DNA from: Neoechinorhynchus agilis
Taxonomy: Eukaryota > Animalia > Acanthocephala
DNA: 64,000 bases
Direction of reading: 5' to 3'
NCBI GenBank assembly: GCA_051530055.1
Contig: CM121343.1
Span: forward strand, 5,302,389 to 5,366,388
Positions within the stretch are counted from its first letter, which is position 1; each line of letters opens with the position of its first letter. Shown here one piece after another: positions 26,200-38,929 of the stretch. The translations under genes were made by a program, and so were the position numbers. The notes below the pieces were generated by a model that was given only the letters and a program-made list of their open reading frames with translations, did not search any database and was not told the origin of the DNA.

Positions 26200-27160
26200 A
26201 CATATAAAAAATACTTAAGATCTTTCAATGGAATCTGGAAAATAAGGATATGAGCAGAAGTGATCGGAAGAGAGATTTGAGATTGGGGGGACGATTCCGA
26301 AGCAATTGTATAGGATATGGGTAAGAAATTTGAATGAACAAAATGCTTAAATGTGCCAAATTTCGTTAGAGGTAGTTGAGAACGAGAGGAGGATGCCGGT
26401 GCATGCGTAATGATTCAAAGATCATCAGCATACAAGAAACATTTTGCATTTGAAAAGGATGGAATAAAATCGCTCAAGAAAATGTTGAAAAGAATGGGGG
26501 GGAGAACAGCTACAGCGTACACTAAGGAGAAGATTGTGAACGATGAAATGTGGACAGGTCGTAAACCGAATTAAATGCGGTGGAAGTAGACCGAGGAGGA
26601 AAGAGAACGAGGGATCCGGGAAGGAGTTGTCGGCCCAAAATGGACAAGGCGATGATTTAGAAAATCCCCGAGATGAAGATGTTATGTGTATAGCCATACT
26701 GGAATGAAATTTTATGAAAATAATGGTTGCTGTTGGTCTGCTTCGGTGATTGTTTAGAAAAATTGGTTAGGTAGAGTGATGTGTTGTAAAGAAGTGCATT
26801 GTGAGAGAAGGTTTTTGCGGATGTAATCAGAGGAATAAGGGAGTTTTTATTGACTTTTTGTTTGAATTGGGGTGGGTGGATTCTGAAGGTCGCGTTCCAT
26901 GGGTAAAGTTTTGATTGTCTCGGTTTAAGTGAGGTTTGGGAGCTGGATTGGAGTAGTTGTTGTAGCTATTGGTAGAATTTGAGTTTGGTTTTGATTGTAG
27001 CGGTATAATCTGCGATTTTCCAGTAGAATAGAAGCCCCACATGAAAGTATGTGATGAGTAATCTTTCTTTAGCATTAATGGAACTTTAATTGCTGTCACA
27101 ATTGTCCAATTTTCCTCAGAGTAAATGACGCTTAACGAACAATAGAATTTTGATTTGGTC
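26200..27160 (-). mobile_element. Degraded LINE ORF1 end / APE endonuclease relic
   Basis: Minus-strand frames contain LHLGDFLN (GDFN-like) and SDH motifs in the expected order, with many stops. Confidence 0.5.
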
Positions 27161-27539
27161 ACTGTAGGAGTTACCGTGCGCGATTGAGTTCATTGAGCGA
27201 ATGTCAATGTGGATCAGAGACGTTAGTTGGCGATGATGCAATAAAGTCTAAATCAGTTCAGTATCCACCCCCAGCTTAGCTCCTGCCTCGGTTAAATCAA
27301 AATCGCACGAATATCGAAGCGACCACATAAGTTTCTGGTGGGTAAAAATTAAGTTCTTTGCTTATTATGCATAAGATGATAGGTGTTTTGTTGAGTGATG
27401 GACGCAATGACAGTAAGTGAAGTTGTGGGAGATGAACTCGATCGCACCCATTTACCGATTTGCGATGCCATTTTTTTGTGATGTTCACCAAAAATGATGA
27501 CCGTTACGCATCGAAGAATTAAACGTAGGATTATCTATC

Positions 27540-28516
27540 CGAATGCTCAGTTTCCTATTGGCTGCGGGAACGTGCTAGTATCCATGAATGGTGCGTTTCG
27601 TAGTTTTAAAGTGGAAAAGGATATGATGTCGTTCTCAGTTGGAGGTGCAGGCATCTCCCTTGCTACCCGTCTTTGTCGACTAGTCACCCTTTTCATCGAA
27701 GAAAATTTACATCCGCGGGCAATTTTTTTCGGCGCACCTTTGTGGGCTTTGAACAAAAAGACTCGTCGGATTCGTCCCATCGCCGTTGGCTCTGCTCTAC
27801 GTCGGCTCGCAGATAAAATCCTTTGTAAGCATATTGCAGAAGGGATAGGGCAGCAACTTCGCCCTGCACACTCTGCGGGTCCGAAGCCATGGCCCACGCA
27901 CTCCGCCAGTTTATCACCAACAGTTCAACGCCGTGTGTGATTTTGAAGTGCGACTTTAGAAGTGCCTTCAATTTCATTCAACCGTTCTGTTTGAGGCACT
28001 CAAAAGTCACGCACCAGAAGCTTTTCCTCATTTTCTTAACGTATACGGGACCCCGACTCCTTTGTTGTTCAACGACAACCTCATTTGGTCCGAACGAAGA
28101 GTACAGCAGGGAGACCATCTCGGTCCAATCGCTTTCTCCCTTGCAGTGAAACTAATAGCGCACTCTCTAAAGTCTAACTTTAACGCTTGGTACCTGGATG
28201 ACGCTACGCTCGGAGGTGATCCCTCCCGGCTACTGCCGCGGAGGACCGAAAGGTGGCGAAATATAACGAATTAAGTAGGTCTCACGTTTTTGTACCCTTT
28301 GGAGTGGAGACTCTTGGTGTGATCGGTAGTTTGGCACTTGGATTTACAAAAGAGTTATCGAATAGACTCCAGGCCAAGAATGGAAATACAAGAGTTGGTG
28401 CCTTCCTACGCCAAAACATTGGTTTCGCGATCCAAAGAGGAAACGCAGCGAGCGTGGTCGCGACCACTGAGAGGGAGAGCGATGCCTCTTCTTTGTGGGC
28501 GGTGATGATTGTTTAA
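27540..28516 (+). mobile_element. Internally deleted CRE-clade retrotransposon (RT + REL C-terminus)
   Basis: FFGAPLWALNKK..IRPIAVGSALRRLADK, LKCDFRSAFN, VQQGDHLGPIAFSL, WYLDDATLGG, FVPFGVETLG..QRGNAASV. Confidence 0.9.
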
Positions 28517-28651
28517 ACGTTCTGTTGTTGTGTGTGTAACCGGTGAATGTTAATAAAATTATCGAAGTTCTAGAAATTAGAACCTTTTAGCTAACATTTA
28601 ATATCTCTTGAAAATACTTACATAATTATCATTTCTCGACAATTAACACAC

Positions 28652-28900
28652 TCACCACCTTCCGCCGAATTCCAGCTTTTGTCCTTCCTCGACCGTCACC
28701 ATCACGCTGGCAGCATTGCCCCGTTGTACTGCTAGCGAGATATTTTGTCGAAGGAGTACGCCTGCTCTTGAGTCTCCGGTTGCCTCTCTCAATTTCTTCG
28801 AGAGATCCTGGAACAGAGTGAGTGCCGAGCTGCCGAGCGCTCCATACGTCTCTACTCCAAAGGGGACAAAATAGTGAGCCAATTGTTCATATTGGTTGTT
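28652..28900 (-). mobile_element. CRE-clade 3' end, tail-to-tail with the preceding copy
   Basis: HYFVPFGVETYGALG..LLRQNISLAVQRGNAASV..GGRW*. Confidence 0.9.
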
Positions 28901-29494
28901 TTCTAGCGGAAATGATTCTATACGACCTAACATCGTAAACACTTGCAAATAACCTTGATAAAGGCAAAAGATTGTGCCGAAATATTGGATTTCAAAATAA
29001 AATCATTTTAATTTCTTCACCAGAAAGCAGCCAATAGATTATTCCATCTATCCTATGGGTAAAAGTAAAAGAGGTATTAATTGCTAAGAATTCAAGCTAC
29101 GAGTGAGGATATTCGTCGCTAAATCGTGTTCTGTGTTAATAAAGAAACCAATTTTGTCACCGTGTATTTGGGTGTCTGTAAAACGGAAATTGTATTTTAA
29201 CTTTGAGTTGCATCGAATGCTCGAAACACCAGCAGACTCCGGCGTTCTAAAGCTTAAATAGGAACTTGGAGCAAAGATGATCGTAGATTGAATTGTTCAT
29301 GCTTTTTATATGGCGAAAAATTTAAAAGAATTTATTGATTCCGATATTTCCGAGGCACAATATCGTGTCTTTATCAAGGTCTAAAAACACATTCAAATTG
29401 CACTTAGATTAAGTTTAAAGCCAGCCTTATTCCCTTCAACTACTTCAACCCGGCAAATGAATATGGCCTCCATTATAAGGCGATCCCATTTGAA

Positions 29495-29760
29495 TTAACT
29501 TTGCGCCAAAATAGTTGCGTTATCAATGTCCATGAAGTTGCCTTGTTGTATAAAATAGTTGAGTATTGCGGAACTGGCTTTGTACTCTATTGTTCTCCAT
29601 TCCAAATTGACCGTTTGGCCTACGTAAGATTTACTACATTCGCTGCAGGGAATTCTGTACAAAACATCTTTGCTTTTATGCTCATCTCGTTTCCTAACCA
29701 TGGAGCTTAATGGTTTAGCTTTCTTTGTGTAGATACAACACTTTAGGTCGGAGAGTATAT
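29495..29760 (-). mobile_element. Penelope GIY-YIG fragment
   Basis: KDVLYRIPCSECSKSYVGQTVNLEWRTIEY..SAILNY; homologous to the element at 17486-18536. Confidence 0.75.
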
Positions 29761-30596
29761 TAGTTAGAGAAAGCATAGCCTCCGAGGATTGGCTTCGACG
29801 CACCTTGTGTCATAGGCTTTGTGTCCTAGACCACAATTAGCACATTTTCTGTGGAATTTATTTAAACATCAACTGGAGAGATGAGCACCACTACAGTGCG
29901 TACAGATAACAGTGTGGACGCATTTGAACGCAGCGTGCCCCATCCTTGGCATTTCCGACATTGGTAAAGGATAAAATCATCCATGGAATCTTTAAATACC
30001 GCAAAAGTAGCAGTAAAGCCACAGAGTCCGATTGAAGTACCGTTCCTCGTGGTAGCGTCGTCTATATCAGTTTGACCTAATATTACATATAGTAATTGGG
30101 AATTCGACTTGAAAAGATACTTCAGAAAACTTATTCCTCATATATTTCTTGGCTTTTCGTCCATTTCTGGGGGAGGATTCAGAATTAGGACATTGCATTT
30201 CCGATATAAATCCAAATGAGGGATCTTTTTATTAGGCAACTATTTAATGAAATGAGTTTTATATTTTTCTGAAAATAGGACTATTTTTTGAGAGAATTGG
30301 TTGGCAATTATTTTTTTGAAGATTTTAGCATCATAAGGATGTAGTTTCGCGAATTCTTTAATTATCCATTTGATATCAATTACTGTTTTCTGTGTATCTT
30401 TATTTTTTAACACAACGATGTAGTCTTCTTTCCTTATGAAGCGAAGAGTTTACCCATTTGAAACCTTATTTTTCATAACTTCATTAGTAACTGGAAAACA
30501 ACTGTCCCCTCCGAGGACCGAAGACTGTTGAGCGACCTCATTGTCCTGAACATTATATACAGTAACATCGGCAGGCATTCTTTTGCCTGTCTCACT

Positions 30597-31752
30597 ACCT
30601 AAAAATTCTTCAAAATCTTGTTCAGAAAGTCTTTTGAGTGACAATAGATGAGATGCTACAACATATAGATTCCTTTTCGGCCCGAGTAATTGATTAAAAT
30701 AAGCAGCGATTCTGTATTGCCTAATTATCCTTTCATAATTGTCGTTAAAGTCGACAGAGAGAATGAAATCGATCAATTGTTTTTCTGTATAACCTTTATT
30801 GGCAACTAGATGGTTGTGGAATGTCAGATTTCGCTCGTAAAATACTTCAATGATTGACCATGCACGTTCAGGTCTCAGATTTACGATTGAGTCTTTTATG
30901 ATTTTATAAAATTGATCGAGTTGAATCGAGTCGGGAAGATGTGGTTGGCTTTCAATAAACGATGATAGTTCAAGTCGATCCTTATTGAACGAGTCGTGAA
31001 AATTCGACATTAGAAAGAATACATGTTGGAGAATAGAAATGAATTGATCATTAAAAGTTAATGGGTGATAAGATGCAATCAAATGCCTTGTAGGATAAAA
31101 GAAACTCTTTTGTGCGCGGTAAAATACATGGGCAATGTCAGCCATTAGCCGACTTGAGCAACTAACCACGCATTCGATCTCGTTAAAAGATTGGATGACT
31201 CGTTTAAGACTGCGAGTACAACAATCACAATCGCTAATGCAATTTGGGTCGGCTATATCCTCTTTAGATATAACAATCATCAAGCAAGGAGTGATCGCAT
31301 CTTGGATGGTATTGATTCTCTTCTGAACACACAGTAAAGAACCAATAGCCGACCGATTGGCCGTCGATGTTTTCATACAAGCGCTTTACTTTTGGTATCC
31401 AATGCGATTGTAACCTATTCAATTGATGGCACAAGTGGCATCTACCATTATCCTCATGGAATCCACCTTCAACCAATAAACAATAAACGTCCGATAGCTG
31501 GATATCACAGCCGTTTCCCAAGTCAGATATTATACAATCGCTAAGTCCATTTGATGACTTCATTATGAGAATATCCTCACAAAAAGTAGCAGCCCGAGGC
31601 AAAACAGCGGTATCACTACTGAAAAATTGTGCGGCGTCAAAGTATTCGTCATTAATCAGGGATAACATAAGAGACGTCTTACCAACACCAGAATCACCAA
31701 TCAACTGAATCCTAACCGGAGACACAAAGGCCAAACCGTCGTCCCTGTGCAT
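30597..31752 (-). pseudogene. Recent truncated inverted duplicate of Miro (N-terminal part), read into a novel 3' tail ending at 30450
   Basis: Near-identical to 13156-14311, starting at the ATG and keeping the 31-nt intron. At least two substitutions (FLG to LLG). Diverges after DFEEFLG. Confidence 0.85.
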
Positions 31753-31754
31753 GC

Positions 31755-32600
31755 GGTCTTGCGCACAATTGTTGATGGGGGAGGAATAGCAGAATGAATG
31801 TCGGGGAAAAGGAGTTGACCGATTTGAAGGATTTGGTGGCGGTTATATGTATCAGCGGCGACAGGATCTATAACGGGGGCTTCCGGCATACCAGAAATAA
31901 ATATGGTGCGATTTATATCCTTGAGGGAGGAGTGCATGATACGATGGGTCGAATTCAGAGCAACGAGGGATGATGGCCGGGGTGGAGAAGGCGTATCATT
32001 ACCGAAATGAATCGGAGGGTTGATTGATTTTGATGGAGTTCCTCCTTTTGCTCCTGTTTCTACTCGTTCAGGTGTCACTTGGATTTCATCGTAATTACTT
32101 CAGCTGGATCGCTTTGGTTTTTCCTATCGTTACCTTTTATCAAAGTCACAATATCATACTCCTCCACGGTAATATTGGAATCATACAGTACTACAGGCTG
32201 AATATCCTCTAAGGGTGGTACTAAGTCCCTAGTAAAAGTCGAAATATTCTCAGTCTTTTGAGCTCCACTCGTTTCCAACAAATCTTCATTCGAGTTTAGC
32301 ATGCTGATGGAATCTAGCAAAACCTTATTTTCCTTCGTGGTCGCTTAACCATCCGATTTCAGTAAGCTTTTAGTTTGTTTCTTAGAATTCACCTTTGAAA
32401 CCTTTGCCTGCCTTTTTGAATCGTTAGGTTTCTTCCCTATGTACTTTTTGACTTCGATCAACTGTTCACTTTTAAGAGCTTCCATTTCGCACGGAATAGC
32501 TTCCGTTAATATATCCTTAAGTGTGCTCATCACTTCAGTTAATGAGTCCTTTAGAGTTTCAGTAACTCGTTCAAAGCAGTTCTTTAGTGCAACTCACCGT
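31755..32600 (-). mobile_element. LINE ORF1-like relic
   Basis: RTIFISGMPEAPVIDP..D..Q..ILQIG..L resembles L2/CR1-type ORF1. The upstream coiled-coil-like frame is open apart from a single stop at 32345. Confidence 0.45.
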
Positions 32601-33242
32601 TCATTGATTGGAGATCGTTGACGAGAGAGGATGTTGTGAGGGGACGTTGACGAGAGAGGACGGTGTCTTAAAGGTGTTTGTGTCGATCTACACAAGGTTC
32701 AAAAACAAAATGTATATAATTGAAAACGAAAGCACTCATTATAATCTACGGACCTTTCAACCCGCCCGGATATTGTCATTCGCCCGGACTCGTAATCCAC
32801 TCCAAAATCAATCCCAAAGATACATGGGTCCTCTTCTCGGTGAATCGACAAATAAAACGTGTTATTATTAATGCTGACGTCTTGAATAAATTCAACCAAT
32901 TTTTTCCGATTTATACCAAATCTTATGGTGAATCCAAGAAACCTCACACATAAATGTTGTATTTAAATGAACCTCTTGTACGACTAAGGTTTTATTCCAC
33001 ACACACAAAATTGACACAACTATAACCGTACTATAGCGCATTCCATCGATTCGTATTATATAATTCCCTCGTGCATTCATTGCGTCAAAACTGAAAGCCC
33101 CAAGCATTCTAAATGTAAATTGAGTAAATTTGTGGATCAATCCGAAAATTGATTTTTTTCAAACGTGCGCTATTGGTACGAAAGAGTTATAGTGCTCCAT
33201 TACGATAAAAAGTAATAAACTTGTGCAATTTATGAGCATATA

Positions 33243-36128
33243 ATGGCCCTAGTGCCTTACAGGGGTGATGTACTTACTCAGTTGGGGTTAATTCGCCCTC
33301 GAGATGCGTCATCCGAGTTAGATGATTACATAACCTACTTAAAAAGCCTAAATCCCTCCGATTGGAAGACTCATGATCACTACCGGGTTTTACGACTTGA
33401 TCATCGTCGCTTTGAGGCTTCACAAGAGGAGATTCAAAAATCATACAGGGACATAGCGAAGCGGTTTCATCCCGACAAATGCCCAGGTACAGATTTTTAT
33501 TATTGCAACGTGATTAGGAGTTCTGAATTGCTCTTGGATCCAATACGAAGACGGGCCTTTGACTCAGTAGATCCTACTTTTGACGACAGCATCCCGGATT
33601 CAGTTCCAGAGGATGATTTCTATGCAAAATATGGAGCGATTTTTAAATCTAACGCTAGATTTTCAGTTCGACAACCTGTTCCGCGATTCGGAACAACCAA
33701 TTCGACTATATCCGAAGTTAACGATTTTTATCGTTTCTGGTTTGATTTTGAATCATGGAGAGAATTTTCTTACTTGGACGAAGAGGATAAGTCAAAGGGG
33801 CAGGATAAAATGGAACGTAGTCAAGGTTGTACCGTTAACTTTCAGGTTTCGATTTTTTGCTGTTATTCTCTCTTTCTTCTCAGTAATCAAACTTTTGTGC
33901 TGGTGGATTCTTGTGGTCCACCAAAAAGGTTATTCAAAATCATATATTCCTAATCAAAACCATTTTCTTTAATTATTGTTTAGAAGTCTTCATCCGCGGT
34001 AAATGATTATTAATTAAAGACGTTCAGCGAACCTCACCGTGAGTTCATCATCATCAGTTCTATTCGACGAGGTTCGAAACGTCTTTTTAATCGAAATAAT
34101 CATTTACCGCCGATGAAGACTTCTAACCATAATAATTCCAATCACATTCCCGCCGGTGCCTCCTTTCACATATCGACATTTTCTTTAACTTTCCACTTTT
34201 CCTCGGAATGTCCAGTATCTTACTTTTCGCTATTTAACTCAAACTAAATACATGAGTCATTAAATCATGTTACTAATTTTTTATTAAACTGTTCTCAACC
34301 AGGTTAATATTTCTATTGCGTTTTTTTTGTTCATATTTAAAACATTTGGATATTTCGTTAGGAGTCGCAATGTTAACCTTAAACCTTTTGTCGTTATCTT
34401 AGGAACAAATCTCTCGTTATTTTGATTTTTTATAATTGTGCAAAAACTTTGGATTTTCCAGGTTATTGACTCGTGTTTTATTTTTGGAATTTGTCGTTGA
34501 GTTACTTATTGTTGCGTCTAATAACTCAATTTTGCACATTGGTTTTATGCGCATTTTTGCGTTGGAGATCTTTTAAATTAAAGCGCTGAACACTTTTGAT
34601 TTTCTTAAATTTAACAGCACCATAAAAAATCGCAATTCGATCCAATCTCTTTTTTTCTGTGTTGTGATAACGTTCTGATTTGCGTTTCGAGGACTCGTGA
34701 TTTCCTTTGGTACTACTTTGATGTAAAGCAATCGAAAAATCGAATAAAGTTGAAAGACGAAGAAGGGAAAAAGATGAAATGAAAAGAATTCATGCTCTTG
34801 TGCAGAAAGCCTACGATAATGACCCAAGAATCAAGGAGTTTAAAGAGGAAGAGAAACGGCTTAAGCGCGAGCGAAGGGTTCAGCGTAAGAAGATAATGGA
34901 AGTGAAAGTTGAAGACGAAAAGCCTGATACTGTAGAGGAGAATTGTCAAACAAGCACGGAAAACGAACAATTCAATAAGCCCATTGGTGAAGAGAGGAAG
35001 AAGTTTAAAACATTTGTCCGGAACTTGGAATGGCCCTTGGCGGATGATCGTATTCGTATGATTGCACGAGCTGATAGAATGATGTTTGGTTCGGATTATG
35101 ACGCCCTTGAAGCTATAAATCAACGATTGAAACTAGAATCTGATGCAAATGGAGATGTATTCAATTTACTTGTCGATCTAGTTGAAAAATTTGAAATTTG
35201 CGAAGCCGAAGCGAAAAGGAAAGAGCAAACATACTCTAAGACAGTTCCGCCCAAATCAAAGATAACCAAGGGGTGGACACATGACGAATTAGAATTCCTA
35301 GTTAAAGCTGTAAGAGCATATCCTCCTGGTACATCGGGAAGGTGGATAACTATTACTGAATTTGTTAATAAGCATTTAAACGATGACGTAAAATGTGATT
35401 CGCTAAAAGATTTCATGCTTACATGGTAAATTTTTTAAAATTAGTGTTTAGTACAAGGTTTATTTGCTTTATCCCGCGCTTAGTACCATTCTTTTTTTGC
35501 CGAAATTGGTTGTCGGCACAGTGAATACGTTGATTTTCCCACATTTCTTCGTGAACCTAAGATGATTAATAAAGGAACTAATTAATATTCCGTAAGAAAA
35601 ACACTGGGACAGAAAAATTTTGAGTAGCAGGATTTCAGTTATTTTATATAGCTTTTAAATCTCTTATATTGATTTCTCTATCGTAAAGACGAGTTAATTC
35701 AAAAATAGAGAATAATTTCGCCATTGTTACTGATCACTCATGGAATTTGGTATTATGTTTTTTCTACATTTCAGTTTGATTGGAGAATACCAGAAATTTT
35801 ATTTTTCTTAATCTCATAAAGATCACAATTGCGGCTGATAACCAAACTTGGTCTCGATCAACGGCATGTGTCCGATGTTATGAAGACTGCAACTGCCCTA
35901 GCAAAAGAGAAAAAAATAAGTTTTGGAAATCACATCGAAACGACTGAAGCTTGGACAACAGAAGAGCAACATCTACTCGAACAAGGTCTTCGAAAGTACG
36001 GGCCATCTGAAAATGAGCGGTGGTCCAAAATAGCGGAATTGTTGCCGAGTCGCACAGCGAGGGAATGTATGCTGCGGTACAAGTTGCTTGTGGAAAAGCT
36101 AAAAAAGAAACGCGAGGCAGCTAAATAA
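33243..36128 (+). CDS. DNAJC2: DnaJ homolog subfamily C member 2 (MPP11/zuotin): J-domain, ZHD, two SANT domains; interrupted by two insertions
   Basis: [99 protein letters not shown] and [29 protein letters not shown]. Confidence 0.95.
33817..34725. mobile_element. GTA/TA-bounded inverted-repeat insertion 1 in DNAJC2 (903 bp + 3-bp repeat)
   Basis: GTA at 33817-19 and 34723-25. Ends GTCAAGGTTGTACC versus ATCAAAGTAGTACC (11/14). Confidence 0.85.
33971..34137. repeat. Long imperfect hairpin (MITE-like) nested in DNAJC2 insertion 1
   Basis: Arms of about 65 nt: tagaagtcttcatc(c/g)gcggtaaatgattat...gacgtt..cgaacctc. Confidence 0.9.
35377..35840. mobile_element. TAA-bounded insertion 2 in DNAJC2 (462 bp TA-to-TA; left edge alternatively 35389)
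   Basis: TAA at 35377-79 and 35839-41. Internal imperfect IR cgtaaaatgtgat / atcacaattgcg. The join gives [16 protein letters not shown]. Confidence 0.65.
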
Positions 36129-37249
36129 TTTTTGTTAAGGACATAATTTGTAATAATAAACAATGACGGATACCAGTATTCAATTTTATCAGGTTCAAAG
36201 ATGGTTAAAGTGGATTAATGTTATTATGGCTATCATATAAAGTGTTCACAAATTCTGATCCAAACTAGGGCGTAAGAACGAAGATTTCAAGTTGTAGTTT
36301 TTAAGTATCGTAGTTTTGAACACAAACACCGATCAAAACGAATCAACACATTCACCCGTACTTAATGGTCACTGTAGCTGTTCAAATCAAATGTGGCATT
36401 GTATTTGTCGTACTATTTTTTGACAGAGGTTAGTGGCCTACTTTCGCAATATTCAACATATTCCAATCATTAGCACCATACACCAGTCGATGACGTTATT
36501 GTCTAGATAATGATTTTATTGATCAGGATGAATTCTTTAAGTGGTACACATGTTTGATTCAACTAAGTTTTTGAACGCAATGGCCGATTGGGCATTGCTA
36601 TTTGTGCGCTTTTTAGGGTGGGCCGTTACTTTCAAAGGGTTTTTTTAACCAGTGATCTTCATAAACTAGTGCTAAAGTTATCCTCGAATACAAACGTTAA
36701 ATCGTTGAAGTCGGCCAGAGAAAGTGCTAAAACTCGACCACTGAGAAGTTTTAAGTACCAGAATAGCACCCGAACAGCGGAATATAATGGGAAACTTTAA
36801 AATTAACTATCTCAAATTATCCTTTGTTTTGATTTTCCCTGAAAAATAAAAACGATCTTCAACTTGGCATCGTTCTGGCAATTAGTGTTTTCATGAGCTA
36901 AAGCAGACGAAAAAACTAGACATAAAAAATTGGATATTTTAGCAAATAGCACTGTTATAGTATCCTTGTTTTGAATGCCAATGAATAATTTATAAAATTT
37001 TCTTGGCGCCTAACATCGCAACATAAACAACATGAAAATTTTTTACTGTTCGGAAAGCCACATTAAAACTAAAATAATTGTGGAGATGTAGCATCACAAT
37101 CCCAGATTAAATATTTCTCGAGGAAGCCTCGCCAAATCAGTCATCTAAAAATACTTTAGTTGTTTTGCGTTGTATGGCTCGGGATAGCTGGATTGCCATA
37201 TGTAAAAAAGAATTATTTTCGAAATTACAGCAGAATCCGAGATAGAATG

Positions 37250-38330
37250 TTCCTTTTTCTCGTATTAGTCGCGGTATTTTTTTATTATATGGTGGCCCAT
37301 TGTCTCGATTTTGCAGCTCAAGACCAGTTTGGACAGAGCCTTGAGTGATGCAGGGGCGCTGGTTAGAGATTGCACACGCATTCCATATAGTTTTTGGTGG
37401 CTTGCAGTCTTAAGCATTGTCTGGAGATTCATTTGGATTAAGTTTCCTAAGATCGTCTAAGATATTTTTGTTCCTCTTTAGTGTGTGTGCCCGAGTATTA
37501 CGATTTTATTAGTGTCCTCGGTAAAATCTAAATCGTAAAACTTTCTATAAAATTCCCGGATTTCCCTCTTTCCCACAGTGGAGTGGGATTTTAAAATGAA
37601 CTTTGTTTTTTCGGGGTCGGTGTATTTTTTAGTAATGCATAAAATTTTGCCGATTCCGCGATAATCGCAGTCAAGTTGTCGGCATATAGCGTTATTTCCC
37701 GGCAAACCTTACAATTTTGAACAATAAACTGGGTTGCCAAACAGAATAAAATTGGTGATAACGGATATCGTTGCAATGGATAGTAAAAACATCTTATGGG
37801 ATCACCTTGAAAATAAAAATACTTCGATTTAAAGAAGTTAAAAAATTAAGGATTTTGAAATGTCATATGAAATTGAAATATTCATGGATTTGCGATTATT
37901 CTGAAAATGAGAAATCATCCCATGATTGCCGTTTGGAGTGACTTTCCAAAAGAAGCCGTGGTCCTCTCATATATCGAGACCAATTAATTTTGAATGGAGA
38001 TTAGGCGCACTTCGATAGCGCATGTAATTTTACGACCCTTCCTTTTCGCTAAGAATATTCTTTTGGCCAAATAAATTGCAGACCATTTCTGCTGAGACGT
38101 CCGGATCATAGCCATTACTATAGTTTCAATGATTTTGGATTTTAGTGCCTTTGAAACAAAGGAAGTGCCGTCACTGGAGCATTTATCTTTCTATTTCCAA
38201 TATTTAACAAAATCAGGTGATCTTACATCAAGACGTCTAGGCATAATTGTTAAGAACCCTTTAAAGTTGGGACTCTTATTGCTACCCTTTGAGTGTTTCA
38301 CTCAAATTCCTGAGGACAACATCTAAACTC
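37250..38330 (-). mobile_element. Second, more degraded copy of the RT family at 9720-11500
   Basis: PRRLD..DF, AKRIFL.K, VRLISIQN, QRYPLSPILFCLATQFIVQNCKVC..LYADN, EKTKFILKS..VGKREIREF..KFYDLDF all align with the first copy. Confidence 0.85.
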
Positions 38331-38929
38331 ACCTCATTTATCTACGGGGAAGCGTGCATCGAAGGTAGAAAAGAGCCAACCCGCTTTTTGTCGAGACTTA
38401 GTTGAATCAATCTTTTGAAGGTAACAGATTCAGTAGACGAATTTGTGTTGTATATTCGGCAGTTGCATTTTTTGATTCCACAGTAAATCGAGAACCGAAC
38501 TTTATTAGCATTGAAACTAATTAGATCATCAACTCGATTATGAAGACGAAGACTGGAGCTCGGTTATACTACACTAAAGGGGTCACACTCGGAAACTCTC
38601 AAGAAGAAGAGGCACATTGATCCGACTCACGAGGTTTATAGAATACAATACACACAATGTGATAGGGTGTACTTGGGACGAATGATGCAAATCGCCCAAC
38701 ATAAGCAAGCCTGCCGTCGATTTGAGTACTCTTCCCAATCACCAAGATACTCTGCAACATCGCACAGATTTAGCAAAACCTTAAATACGCGCATTAAACA
38801 CCATGGAAGGAAAATACTTTAGCTTAAAACTATCTACCGACAACGTGTTAAAAATCAATGAAAAAGCAACGTAGCGTAGAGGTACGAGCGGCCATACGGT
38901 CCCCGATTCAACATTGAAATCGAGCGAGT

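Noticed and set aside
35420-35830. Alternative genetic code (TGA read as sense) to rescue the DNAJC2 GT-AG splice
   Set aside because: TGA ends other well-supported genes here (RBX-like at 21516, KChIP-like at 62171), and read-through would add a long insertion inside the SANT domain.
36301-36364. TTAA-flanked 64-bp hairpin
   Set aside because: The stems are only about 7 bp, within chance for AT-rich DNA.
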